NCBI GenBank assembly: GCA_937899245.1 | Contig: CALDKB010000050.1 | Location: 2,179 to 66,178 of the forward strand | Direction of reading: 5' to 3' | Source of the DNA: an uncultured Bacteroidales bacterium | Lineage (GTDB): Bacteria; Bacteroidota; Bacteroidia; Bacteroidales; ML635J-15 | DNA: 64,000 nt | Part shown: positions 1 to 8,771 of the stretch, one piece after another | Position numbering within the stretch: the first letter of the stretch is position 1 | Layout: every line of letters starts with the position of its first letter | Made by a program: the position numbers and the translations under genes | Notes under the pieces: generated by a model | Database searches by the model: none | What the model was told of the DNA's origin: nothing | The model's input: the letters and a program-made list of their open reading frames with translations, nothing else

Positions 1-2
1 TC

Positions 3-767
3 TGCGAATTCGTCTGGGATGGCGACATGCTGAAACAGGTGCACAAAAGCAACCCCTACTCCGGCGACCGCCCCCAATATGAAGATTGGGCCGCGTTTTT
101 CAACTACACGACCGACTACGGCTACGAGGACGGACAGCTGAAGAGCATCACCGGCAACAAATACCGCTCCTCATTCACCTACGAGGGCGACAAGCTGGTG
201 CGCATCGACCAGTTCTCGAAAGAGGACGGCGTACACGCCTACCGCGTAGATTTCAGTTATGGCGACTCCAACAAGGTGAACGCCACCTACTACTCGATGA
301 CAAAAGAGGCCCTCCACTGGCTGGAATGCAGCCTGTACCCCCGGAACGACTCTACCGGCACCCGCATACAGCCGGAGATGCCCGCCGACACCACCCTGCA
401 CGTCAGCGCCGAGGCCGTGTATCAGTGGGAGAACGGCAACCTGGTTTACACCCAATGCTCTTTAACCGACAGCTACAGCATGGAAAGCCGCATGGAATAC
501 GACAACAAAATCAACCCATTATTCAACACCCACACCGACTTCGACAAAATAGAACTGCTTGTCCTCACCCTGTCCACATCACCCAACGACCTGGGCGTCA
601 GCAAAAACAACGTGACCAAGACAACCATCTCAATGAGCCAGGGTGACGAGGCAAACACTCAGAACAAGATTGTCCTTGAGTACAGCTACGAGTACGACGG
701 AGAATATCCCACAGCGCAAACAGAGCTCCGCACCTCCAGCAAGCGCCTCTACACATATGCCCAGTAA
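3..767 (+). CDS. hypothetical beta-rich repeat protein, 5' end outside window
   Basis: The frame is open to the window edge (CEFVWDGDM...). Recurrent motifs FTYEGDKLVRI, YQWENGNLVY and YSYEYDGEYP resemble those in the 22759-23571 protein. Third codon positions are strongly G/C, unlike the rest of the window. A hairpin terminator follows. Confidence 0.6.
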   Translation, partial: CEFVWDGDMLKQVHKSNPYSGDRPQYEDWAAFFNYTTDYGYEDGQLKSITGNKYRSSFTYEGDKLVRIDQFSKEDGVHAYRVDFSYGDSNKVNATYYSMTKEALHWLECSLYPRNDSTGTRIQPEMPADTTLHVSAEAVYQWENGNLVYTQCSLTDSYSMESRMEYDNKINPLFNTHTDFDKIELLVLTLSTSPNDLGVSKNNVTKTTISMSQGDEANTQNKIVLEYSYEYDGEYPTAQTELRTSSKRLYTYAQ

Positions 768-829
768 AGTCCTTAGCTCCTCGTCCTCCCCGTGGGATTA
801 AAGAGACCCTCCGATTGAAGACAAAAAGG

Positions 830-851
830 CGCCCCTTGCGGGGCGTTTTTT
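830..851 (+). terminator. rho-independent terminator
   Basis: CGCCCC-ttgc-GGGGCG hairpin followed by TTTTTT, about 60 nt after the stop at 767. Confidence 0.8.
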
Positions 852-1059
852 CATTGCGTCTTCACCATCTTCACGACCTTCCGGTTCTTCTGCCCCCCAA
901 TTGCATGTTGCCAACAAAGTACCGGACGACAAACCCAAATCTACATATTCATGCACGCCGGTCACAACGCGTCTGTCAACCTTTGGCTTATTATCACACG
1001 CACAAAAAAACTAAGCCCGACAGAATGTAAGGCCAAACACAAAACTTCAAAATATAGGA

Positions 1060-1311
1060 TTATCTTTTCTTTTCGGCGGCTTCTATTGCACGGCACAACT
1101 GATCAGGACATGACGTATCCTTATACCCGCAACGTATGCCCTTGAGTTTCTTTATTACATCTTCGGTTTTCATGCCCTCGACCAAACGGCAGATTCCCTG
1201 AAGGTTTCCGTGACAGCCACCATAAAATGATACATTTCTTAAAACGCCATCTTCAATTTCAAACTCTATTGCCTGGCTGCAAGTTCCTTCTGTTCGATAT
1301 GAATATTTCAT
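1060..1311 (-). CDS. TSCPD domain-containing small protein (TIGR03905-like)
   Basis: FYGGCHGNLQG and GYKDTSCPDQL motifs. Start moved to MKYSYRTEG (ATG at 1311) instead of the longer ORF-track start at 1377. Confidence 0.7.
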   Translation of the reverse strand: MKYSYRTEGTCSQAIEFEIEDGVLRNVSFYGGCHGNLQGICRLVEGMKTEDVIKKLKGIRCGYKDTSCPDQLCRAIEAAEKKR

Positions 1312-1383
1312 TGCTTTTGTTATTTCCACTAATATAACACATTCTTGCCCGTTTTTTTGAAAGAATGTGAAAAACAAAAAATT

Positions 1384-2547
1384 CTAGTCAACCAACATTT
1401 TTGCCACACGGCGAGCTTCGGCATCAGTTGCAAAGCATGATTCAAGTGTGATATTGCTTTCGTATGCGACCTTTTCCAAGGTTTTTTCAACAACCTCAGG
1501 AATTTGCATAAAGCCAATCTTTCCTTTCAGAAACGCATCAACAGCAATTTCATTGGCACCGTTCATTATACAAGGGGCATTGCCACCCTGAGCCAGACAT
1601 TCCTTTGCAATGCGAAGACAACGGAAAGTGTCCATGTCGGGCTGCTCGAAAGTCAAAGTACCATGTTCAAGAAATGAAAAACGGTTCTTTGGCGTATATG
1701 TCCTATTTGGAAAATCAAATGCATACTGAATTGGAATACGCATGCTAGTGGTGCCAATTTGCGCCTTGATAGAGGCATCGGCGAACTCAACCATTGAATG
1801 TACGATAGACTGGCGATGAACAAGCACATCAATACGTTCAGCCGGAATTCCAAACAACCATCGTGCCTCGATGACCTCCAAACCTTTATTCATAAGACTT
1901 GCCGAATCTATAGTCACCTTATTTCCCATCTTCCAGTTAGGATGGTTAAGGGCTTGTGCCGGAGTGACTTTTTTCAAAAATTCGACATCCTTGCCAAAGA
2001 AAGGTCCGCCGGAGGCAGTAAGGATAAGCTTTTGCACTTCATCGATATTTTCACCGCGAAGGCACTGGAAGATTGCCGAATGTTCAGAATCCACGGGGAC
2101 AATATACGACGATTTGCTTTCCTTAAGTTTATCGCAGATAATCTGACCGCCAACGACAAGCGTCTCCTTGTTGGCAAGCGCAATAATCTTGTCGGCCTCG
2201 ATGGCCCTTACCGTAGGCAAAAGTCCAGCAAATCCAACCATTGCCGTCAAGACGACATCCACACAATCCATCGCTACTACATCGAGAATAGACTCGGAAC
2301 CGGCAAAAACTTTTATAGGCAAGTCGGACAGGGCCTGCTTTACCTCAGGATATTTTTCCTTGTTGGCAATAACCACCATATTAGGTTCAAACTCGCGCGC
2401 CTGCTGTATTAGAAGTTCAGAATTGTTGTTTGCGACAAGAACCTCTGCCGAAAATTTCTCCGGATAGTCGCGTATAATCTCCAAGGCCTGGGTTCCAATA
2501 GAACCTGTCGAGCCGAGCAAAGCAATCTTTTTAACTTTATTCTCCAT
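1384..2547 (-). CDS. dxr: 1-deoxy-D-xylulose-5-phosphate reductoisomerase
   Basis: N-terminal NADPH motif LLGSTGSIGTQAL; LANKE, DSEHSA and NHPNWKMG motifs; length 387 aa. Confidence 0.95.
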   Translation of the reverse strand: MENKVKKIALLGSTGSIGTQALEIIRDYPEKFSAEVLVANNNSELLIQQAREFEPNMVVIANKEKYPEVKQALSDLPIKVFAGSESILDVVAMDCVDVVLTAMVGFAGLLPTVRAIEADKIIALANKETLVVGGQIICDKLKESKSSYIVPVDSEHSAIFQCLRGENIDEVQKLILTASGGPFFGKDVEFLKKVTPAQALNHPNWKMGNKVTIDSASLMNKGLEVIEARWLFGIPAERIDVLVHRQSIVHSMVEFADASIKAQIGTTSMRIPIQYAFDFPNRTYTPKNRFSFLEHGTLTFEQPDMDTFRCLRIAKECLAQGGNAPCIMNGANEIAVDAFLKGKIGFMQIPEVVEKTLEKVAYESNITLESCFATDAEARRVAKMLVD

Positions 2548-3386
2548 TAGAATTCTATGTAATCAGTTGGGTTTAGTGGCTCACCATTCTGCCACAATTC
2601 GAAATGCAAATGCACGCCAGTTGAATTTTCGCCGGAGTTACCATAAACAGCAATCTGCTCACCCTGACGCACCTTCTGCCCAACAACAACCGACGACGAC
2701 TCGCAATGCTTGTAAACAGACAACAACCCTTTAGCGTGCTGCACTACTATTGAATAACCGTTCTCGATGGTAAAATTACTTTCAATGACAATTCCCTGAA
2801 GCACAGAGAAAACAGCCTCATCTCCAGAAACCGCTATGTCTATTCCATAATGCTTATGCCGCTTGTCAAAGGCATTTACAATCATTCCCTTAATAGGCAC
2901 ATATAAATTCGGAACTATGTCATCCTTATTTACGACGTTGATATTTTCGGCCTCGGCATAATGCTGACGCGGCTTTGTCGGATCATTAAAATCGCGCATC
3001 TGCTGCTGGCTGAGTGATGACACAGGAACGGCAAAGTCCATATCAATAGGAACCTCCTCAAAAATAACGTCCCTAATCATATTAAGATACTCCTCACGTG
3101 CATCAAGTTCCGCCGCCAGGCTGTCAACCCTTTCGGCGTTGTCGTAAATCAACTGCAAAGTATTTTTATCTGGATAGCCAGGGACTAGATACTTGACAGG
3201 AGTATAAACGACAAGAAGCGAAATAACGGCAAAAAAGATTACAAACAAAGCGAAAATCGCCATGGAAAACATAATCTTGTTCATGCGGATTTTCTTCAGC
3301 ACCTCAAAGTTGCCATCCCTATAGATTACAAACTGATAAGGACGAGTGAGCCATGCCCATAATTTATTTTTCTTCTTTTCAGCCAT
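2547..3386 (-). CDS. M23 family metallopeptidase (membrane anchored)
   Basis: N-terminal TM helix. HYGIDIA (HxxxD) and GVHLHFE (HxH) zinc motifs. The stop overlaps the dxr start (TAATG). Confidence 0.85.
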   Translation of the reverse strand: MAEKKKNKLWAWLTRPYQFVIYRDGNFEVLKKIRMNKIMFSMAIFALFVIFFAVISLLVVYTPVKYLVPGYPDKNTLQLIYDNAERVDSLAAELDAREEYLNMIRDVIFEEVPIDMDFAVPVSSLSQQQMRDFNDPTKPRQHYAEAENINVVNKDDIVPNLYVPIKGMIVNAFDKRHKHYGIDIAVSGDEAVFSVLQGIVIESNFTIENGYSIVVQHAKGLLSVYKHCESSSVVVGQKVRQGEQIAVYGNSGENSTGVHLHFELWQNGEPLNPTDYIEF

Positions 3387-3402
3387 CTCAAAAGTTTGAT
3401 TG

Positions 3403-3410
3403 CAAATGTA
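3403..3410 (-). promoter_or_regulatory. Bacteroidetes -7 box (TACATTTG) for the M23-dxr operon
   Basis: The reverse complement reads TAcaTTTG, 17 nt upstream of the ATG at 3386. Confidence 0.55.
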
Positions 3411-3482
3411 AACAAAAAAACAATGCCTGAGACTTAAATCTTTTTTAACAACCGAAACTTATAAACATTAGGTTTTATTTAG

Positions 3483-3490
3483 TATCTTTG
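3483..3490 (+). promoter_or_regulatory. Bacteroidetes -7 box (TATCTTTG) for rsfS-ftsH-cdsA
   Basis: TAtcTTTG lies 16 nt upstream of the rsfS ATG. Confidence 0.55.
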
Positions 3491-3506
3491 CAACAAATTT
3501 CATACT

Positions 3507-3884
3507 ATGGGAAGAAACATATCCGATTCAGAAGAAACAAAAAAACTACTCGACTGTATAAACAAATCCATTCTTGACAAAAAGGGCGAACAGCTCATTA
3601 ATATGGATTTGCAAAAAATAGAGAACCATATAACCAAGTATTTTGTTGTATGTACAGCAAACTCAAATGTTCATGCCACCACACTAGCCGACTACATCAG
3701 GTATCAAACGAGATGCGAGCTGAAGGAAAGGCCATGGAAGGAAGAGGGCTTTGAAAATTGCGAATGGATATTGCTCGACTACATCGACATCGTAGTTCAC
3801 ATATTCCTGCCGGCAGCCAGAGACTTCTACAAGCTTGAACAACTTTGGGCCGATGCAGAAACCATATCAGTTGAAAACGAATAA
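3507..3884 (+). CDS. rsfS: ribosome silencing factor RsfS (iojap family)
   Basis: 125 aa; YFVVCTANSNVH and WILLDYIDIVVHIF core typical of RsfS. Confidence 0.85.
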   Translation: MGRNISDSEETKKLLDCINKSILDKKGEQLINMDLQKIENHITKYFVVCTANSNVHATTLADYIRYQTRCELKERPWKEEGFENCEWILLDYIDIVVHIFLPAARDFYKLEQLWADAETISVENE

Positions 3885-3894
3885 ACGAAAAAAA

Positions 3895-5961
3895 ATGGAT
3901 GAAAAGAAAGGATTCAAGCCGGTAAACAACGGCAATCAGGGTGGCAACCCGCAAGATAATGGACCAAGCAAGAAAAGGTTTATCATATACTTTGTCATTC
4001 TAGCGGTTATGCTAATAATTTCCTTTATGGACTTTGGCGGCAGTTCAAATGAAATAAACTGGAACAAATTCGAAAACGAAATGCTCCTCACCAACGATGT
4101 TGAGAAAGTTGTCGTTGTAAACAAAGAGCGGGCAGACGTTTATCTGAAAACCGAAAGTCTCGACAAGTTCAGCGATGCTTCCAAGAGCGGAGGTATTTTT
4201 TCAGGCAATGGTCCTGCATTCTTCTTCAATATCGGTGACGTCGAAAGTTTTGAAACCAAATTGGCAGAAGCGCAGAAGGATTTACCAAAAGAACAGCATG
4301 TAAGTGTAGAATACAAGACAGAAAACGACTATATCGGCACCATACTAAGCTGGATTTTTCCAATAATTCTCATTGTTGCCCTCTGGTGGCTTGTCTTCAA
4401 CCGCATGGGTGGCGGCAGCGGCAGTGGTGGCCAGATATTCAATATCGGCAAGTCGAAAGCACAGGTTTTCGACAAGGAACGCAAGGTTAAGGTTAACTTC
4501 AAGGATGTTGCCGGACTAGAGGAAGCCAAGGTTGAAGTCATGGAAATTGTAGATTTCCTCAAGAATCCCGAGAAATACACAAAACTGGGGGGTAAAATTC
4601 CAAAGGGAGCTTTGCTTGTAGGCCCTCCAGGAACAGGAAAAACCTTGCTGGCAAAAGCTGTTGCCGGCGAAGCTGACGTTCCATTTTTCTCGCTTAGCGG
4701 AAGCGATTTCGTCGAAATGTTTGTCGGTGTTGGAGCCTCCCGTGTTCGCGACTTGTTCCGCCAGGCAAAGGCAAAGGCGCCTTGCATCATTTTCATCGAC
4801 GAAATAGATGCAATCGGACGCGCCAGAGGAAAATCTAACAATTTCAGCGGCAACGACGAACGCGAAAACACGCTAAACCAGCTTCTTACCGAAATGGATG
4901 GTTTCGACACAAACAGCGGAGTCATCATACTTGCTGCTACCAACCGCGCCGAAATCCTTGATTCCGCCCTTATGCGTGCAGGACGTTTCGACAGGCAGAT
5001 ACACCTTGAACTTCCAGACGTTAAGGAACGTGAAGATATTTTCAAGGTTCACACTACAAACCTGAAGATGTCGTCGAACGTCAAGATTGATTTCCTTGCA
5101 AAGCAAACACCAGGGTTCAGCGGTGCCGACATTGCCAATGTATGCAACGAAGCCGCCCTTATTGCAGCGCGCAACAACAAGAAGGAAATCGAAAAGCAGG
5201 ATTTTCTTGACGCCGTTGACAGAATCATCGGTGGGCTCGAGAAGAAAAACAAGATTATCTCCGAAACAGAGAAACGCACTATCGCCTTCCACGAAGCCGG
5301 ACATGCGACAGTAAGCTGGTTGCTCGAATATGCCAACCCTCTGCTCAAAGTCACAATAATCCCGCGCGGAAAAGCATTAGGCGCCGCATGGTATCTACCA
5401 GAAGAACGGTCAATAACAACCAAGGAACAACTTCTCGACGAAATGTGCTCTACTCTTGGCGGACGTGCCAGCGAGGAAATAAACTTCGGAAAGATTTCCA
5501 CTGGCGCATTGAACGATCTTGAACGCGTAACCAAACAGGCAATTGCGATGATTTCGTTCTACGGCATGAGCGATGAAATAGGAAACCTCTCCTACTACAA
5601 CTCTACCGAAGACTACGGGTTTACAAAACCATACAGCGACAAGACAGCCGAAAAGATTGACGCCGAAGTCAAAGCTATGGTTGAGGAACAGTTTGAGAGA
5701 GCAAAAGAAGTGCTGCGCAACAATATGGAAGGTCTGACAGAACTTGCCGAAACACTTCTAGAGAAAGAAGTCATCTTCAGCGACGACCTTGAACGTATCT
5801 TCGGAAAACGCAAAGGCGAAAACAAAGCCCTTGACGCAATAAACGAATCTAAACAACAGGAAGCAGAAGAATCTGCAAAAGCTAACGAAGCAAACGACAC
5901 ATCAAGCTCTACTGCCGATGTCGCCGACAATGATGCAACTGAAGAACAAAATAACGATTAG
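3895..5961 (+). CDS. ftsH: ATP-dependent zinc metalloprotease FtsH
   Basis: Two N-terminal TM helices, Walker A GPPGTGKT, Walker B IIFIDEIDA, zinc site HEAGHA. Start set at ATG 3895 (MDEKKGF), because the TTG at 3835 overlaps rsfS. Confidence 0.95.
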   Translation: MDEKKGFKPVNNGNQGGNPQDNGPSKKRFIIYFVILAVMLIISFMDFGGSSNEINWNKFENEMLLTNDVEKVVVVNKERADVYLKTESLDKFSDASKSGGIFSGNGPAFFFNIGDVESFETKLAEAQKDLPKEQHVSVEYKTENDYIGTILSWIFPIILIVALWWLVFNRMGGGSGSGGQIFNIGKSKAQVFDKERKVKVNFKDVAGLEEAKVEVMEIVDFLKNPEKYTKLGGKIPKGALLVGPPGTGKTLLAKAVAGEADVPFFSLSGSDFVEMFVGVGASRVRDLFRQAKAKAPCIIFIDEIDAIGRARGKSNNFSGNDERENTLNQLLTEMDGFDTNSGVIILAATNRAEILDSALMRAGRFDRQIHLELPDVKEREDIFKVHTTNLKMSSNVKIDFLAKQTPGFSGADIANVCNEAALIAARNNKKEIEKQDFLDAVDRIIGGLEKKNKIISETEKRTIAFHEAGHATVSWLLEYANPLLKVTIIPRGKALGAAWYLPEERSITTKEQLLDEMCSTLGGRASEEINFGKISTGALNDLERVTKQAIAMISFYGMSDEIGNLSYYNSTEDYGFTKPYSDKTAEKIDAEVKAMVEEQFERAKEVLRNNMEGLTELAETLLEKEVIFSDDLERIFGKRKGENKALDAINESKQQEAEESAKANEANDTSSSTADVADNDATEEQNND

Positions 5962-5965
5962 GAAA

Positions 5966-6766
5966 ATGCCAAACATACTTAAACGCACAATCTTTGGAGC
6001 AATATTCGTTGCAATAACATGTTTCATGGTTCTTTTCAACGAATACACCTGCGCATTCTATCTTGCATTGTGCTGTGCAATTATGACTTCAGAATTCTTA
6101 AAAATTCACAACGTTCAGTCATATCTAATTCGTAATATGGTAGGCATGGTTGCATGGATGGCAAACCTCGCTGCATTCTGGTATTTCTACGAAACAAACT
6201 TAGGATTTATCATTCTTGCCATCTCAGTCCTAATACTTTTTATCATTCAGCTTTTCAGACAGGAAAAACCGGAAGCGACTCTTGGAATATCATCATTAGC
6301 ACTTATTTACATAGCTCTTCCGCTGAGCATTGCCATATATGTTGCACAAATGTGCAACCAGCTGATAATGGCGATTTTCATACTAATATGGATTTCCGAC
6401 ACAATGGCATACCTTGTTGGCTGCAAGTTTGGCAAGCACCGACTTTTCGAACGTATTTCGCCGAAGAAATCGTGGGAAGGTGCAATAGGTGGTTTTGTCT
6501 TCACCGTTGCCATAGGCGCATTTGGTGGCTATTTGTTCCCTGGTCTCGGATTTAAAATGTGGCAATGGTGCGTTATCGCTATCGTTGTTGATATTTTTGG
6601 CGTACTTGGCGACCTCATCGAATCAATGTTCAAGCGCAGCGCTGGAGTTAAGGATTCTGGCAATCTTATTCCTGGACACGGAGGCCTTCTGGACCGACTC
6701 GACAGTTTTCTATTCGCTGTACCATGGGTGGCTATCGCCATTGTAATTATGGAGCAGTTCGCCTAA
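5966..6766 (+). CDS. cdsA: phosphatidate cytidylyltransferase
   Basis: Polytopic membrane protein with the signature SMFKRSAGVKDSGNLIPGHGGLLDRLDS. Start set at ATG 5966 (MPNILKR). Confidence 0.9.
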   Translation: MPNILKRTIFGAIFVAITCFMVLFNEYTCAFYLALCCAIMTSEFLKIHNVQSYLIRNMVGMVAWMANLAAFWYFYETNLGFIILAISVLILFIIQLFRQEKPEATLGISSLALIYIALPLSIAIYVAQMCNQLIMAIFILIWISDTMAYLVGCKFGKHRLFERISPKKSWEGAIGGFVFTVAIGAFGGYLFPGLGFKMWQWCVIAIVVDIFGVLGDLIESMFKRSAGVKDSGNLIPGHGGLLDRLDSFLFAVPWVAIAIVIMEQFA

Positions 6767-7734
6767 AACATCAATCTCAAGATATCAGACTTCTGAACAT
6801 TTAGGAAATAATCCTCTACATTAATGTTTTCAAGAACAGACGCAATAGCTTGTTCGCTATGATTTACATTGAGGAACAATCTCTCGAATTCCGAGACATC
6901 CTTCTTGGCGAAAAAGTCCCCATAAACCTTAATGCCGGCAATTAAACCTTTTTCAATATTAAGATGTATTTCGACATTGCCGCCTTGTGTTCTTATCATC
7001 TTAGAATAGGAATATTTTGGTGAATGGCCGAAATTCCACTCCCATGTGGAATATTTTTCGTCGTGAAGCTTTTGTATTGCAGCAATATCATCATGCGTAA
7101 ACTCGTACATACGGCAATTTGCCTTTGTATCCTTGACATATTGCATAATCTTGTCGGCAAATTGCAATACAGTAATCGGAGACTTCAAGTGCTCGCTGAT
7201 ATTAGTAACACGTTTGCGCACCGACTTCACCGCCTTATCCTCAAATTTAAGCGGATTTACCTTCAAGGCATCCGACATATCGTTCATTGCCGTATCGAAA
7301 AGCAAAGTTCCATGATGCAAAATACGACCGTTGCTCACACATTCGGCATTGCCCGAAAATTTCTGTCCGTCAATCACCAAATCGTTACGTCCCTCGAATC
7401 GAGCATCAACGCCAAGATTTTGCAAGACATCAAGAATCGGTTGCGAAAAAGTGCGGAAATTGCCATTGCTATTGCTTTCGATAAATGTGTAGTTCAGGTT
7501 CTGCAAATCGTGAAATACAGCTCCGCCGCCAGTCATACGGCGAACAACCTTAAAACCTTTCTCCCTTACAAAGTCAAGATTTATCTCGGCTAAAGAATTC
7601 TGAAATCGACCAACAATAATTGATGGCTCATTGCGCCACAACATAAAAATATCATCGTCGAAATGGGTAAACACGTATTCCTCGGTTGCAAGATTAAAAT
7701 ACGCATCGGTAAAATTATTGAAAATGCAAAGCAT
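6763..7734 (-). CDS. lplA: lipoate--protein ligase
   Basis: RRMTGGGAVFHD motif, 323 aa, and LplA-like N terminus FNLATEEYVF. Confidence 0.85.
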   Translation of the reverse strand: MLCIFNNFTDAYFNLATEEYVFTHFDDDIFMLWRNEPSIIVGRFQNSLAEINLDFVREKGFKVVRRMTGGGAVFHDLQNLNYTFIESNSNGNFRTFSQPILDVLQNLGVDARFEGRNDLVIDGQKFSGNAECVSNGRILHHGTLLFDTAMNDMSDALKVNPLKFEDKAVKSVRKRVTNISEHLKSPITVLQFADKIMQYVKDTKANCRMYEFTHDDIAAIQKLHDEKYSTWEWNFGHSPKYSYSKMIRTQGGNVEIHLNIEKGLIAGIKVYGDFFAKKDVSEFERLFLNVNHSEQAIASVLENINVEDYFLNVQKSDILRLMF

Positions 7735-7799
7735 AAGAATTTAAGGTTTGTTATTTTACTACTCGAACAAGTTTAGAAGCAAGAATGCATCAACATACA

Positions 7800-8771
7800 T
7801 TAAAATTCACCTATCGGGATAACAGTATCCTTGCTGTACAGATAAACAGAACTATAACTAGCTCCATATCCCGACCAAAAACCCTTGGCAGTCCTTCCCT
7901 CCGGTGCTTCAATGTTTGTCTTTACGGTTGCCGGATTCATAAATGGGTTGCCATCGCTCAGCCAGTTGCGGTACCACGATTCCCACACATTATATGTAAC
8001 CTGATCGATAGTTGAAAGTTTCAACGACACCGAATCGCCTACACTGAAGCAAAATATGTCTCCGAGCTTATATAGAGCCGAATCTTCATCCTCCTTAGAG
8101 AAAAAATTGTTGTAATACGTATTTCTTTCCAGGCCCTTGACAACCATAGCAAATGCCATTTCCTTTCCATCCAAGTCGGCATCGTAAGTTATGTGGCACA
8201 ATGCATAAGGACGGTAATACATCGGCTGGAACTGGTTCTTCACGTGAATTGAATAATAATTATTGATATTCTTCGGATCCTTCCAGTTTACTTTCATCAA
8301 GGCAAAAGTATCGGTAAAGAAAGTAGCCATTACAGTATCGATAGTTACCGTATCTGGAATCATTGTGGATGCGGTGTACTGATCGCCATTATACGACACG
8401 GTCAGATCGTAGCGGTGATTGGTCTGTCCAATGATTTTTGTGCCCTGGAAGCACTTGTACGGCCAACGCTGTATTGGCAGATACTTCAATGTATCAACGA
8501 CACTTCCGTCAGACACAATTACAGTAGCTTCTTCATCTGTAATCTGCAAACCATTGACCGCATTAGTGTCCAATTCGGTAAAATAAGCCATACTTTTCGA
8601 CAAGAACACAATCGGCCTATCGTTGAAATCGATATAACCATCAACGACAAGGCAAGAGTCTGCCTGCGGAATTTCTACGGTTATATCCTTCAGGCACGAA
8701 GAAATGGCAACCATAGAAATTATGACTGCACTCAAAACAATTTTATAAATACAGCTTTTCTTCATCGCCAT
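7800..8771 (-). CDS. DUF4249-like lipoprotein
   Basis: Signal peptide with lipobox-like ISSC. Lies immediately downstream of, and start/stop-overlapping with, a CarboxypepD_reg TonB-dependent receptor, which is the usual DUF4249 context. Confidence 0.55.
   Translation of the reverse strand: MAMKKSCIYKIVLSAVIISMVAISSCLKDITVEIPQADSCLVVDGYIDFNDRPIVFLSKSMAYFTELDTNAVNGLQITDEEATVIVSDGSVVDTLKYLPIQRWPYKCFQGTKIIGQTNHRYDLTVSYNGDQYTASTMIPDTVTIDTVMATFFTDTFALMKVNWKDPKNINNYYSIHVKNQFQPMYYRPYALCHITYDADLDGKEMAFAMVVKGLERNTYYNNFFSKEDEDSALYKLGDIFCFSVGDSVSLKLSTIDQVTYNVWESWYRNWLSDGNPFMNPATVKTNIEAPEGRTAKGFWSGYGASYSSVYLYSKDTVIPIGEF

Noticed and set aside
86-646. Alternative-frame ORFs (86-646 plus strand, 171-455 and 473-658 minus strand) inside the first gene
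   Set aside because: Their products are Arg/Pro/Gly/His-rich and low in complexity. They are typical shadow ORFs of a G/C-ending-codon gene. The 3-767 frame has protein-like composition and a terminator.
815-1145. ORFs 815-1030 and 951-1145 in the gap after the first gene
   Set aside because: One starts inside the terminator hairpin. Both have basic low-complexity products, no promoter box and no recognisable motif. They probably lie in non-coding DNA at the compositional boundary.
1798-2467. Antisense ORFs within dxr (1798-2412, 1871-2146, 2168-2467)
   Set aside because: They lie opposite a high-confidence conserved gene and have no motifs. They are shadow ORFs.
4329-5930. Long minus-strand ORFs inside ftsH (4329-5045, 4873-5304, 5049-5534, 5613-5930)
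   Set aside because: Their products are Ser/Arg/Pro-rich and low in complexity, and they lie opposite an unmistakable ftsH frame.
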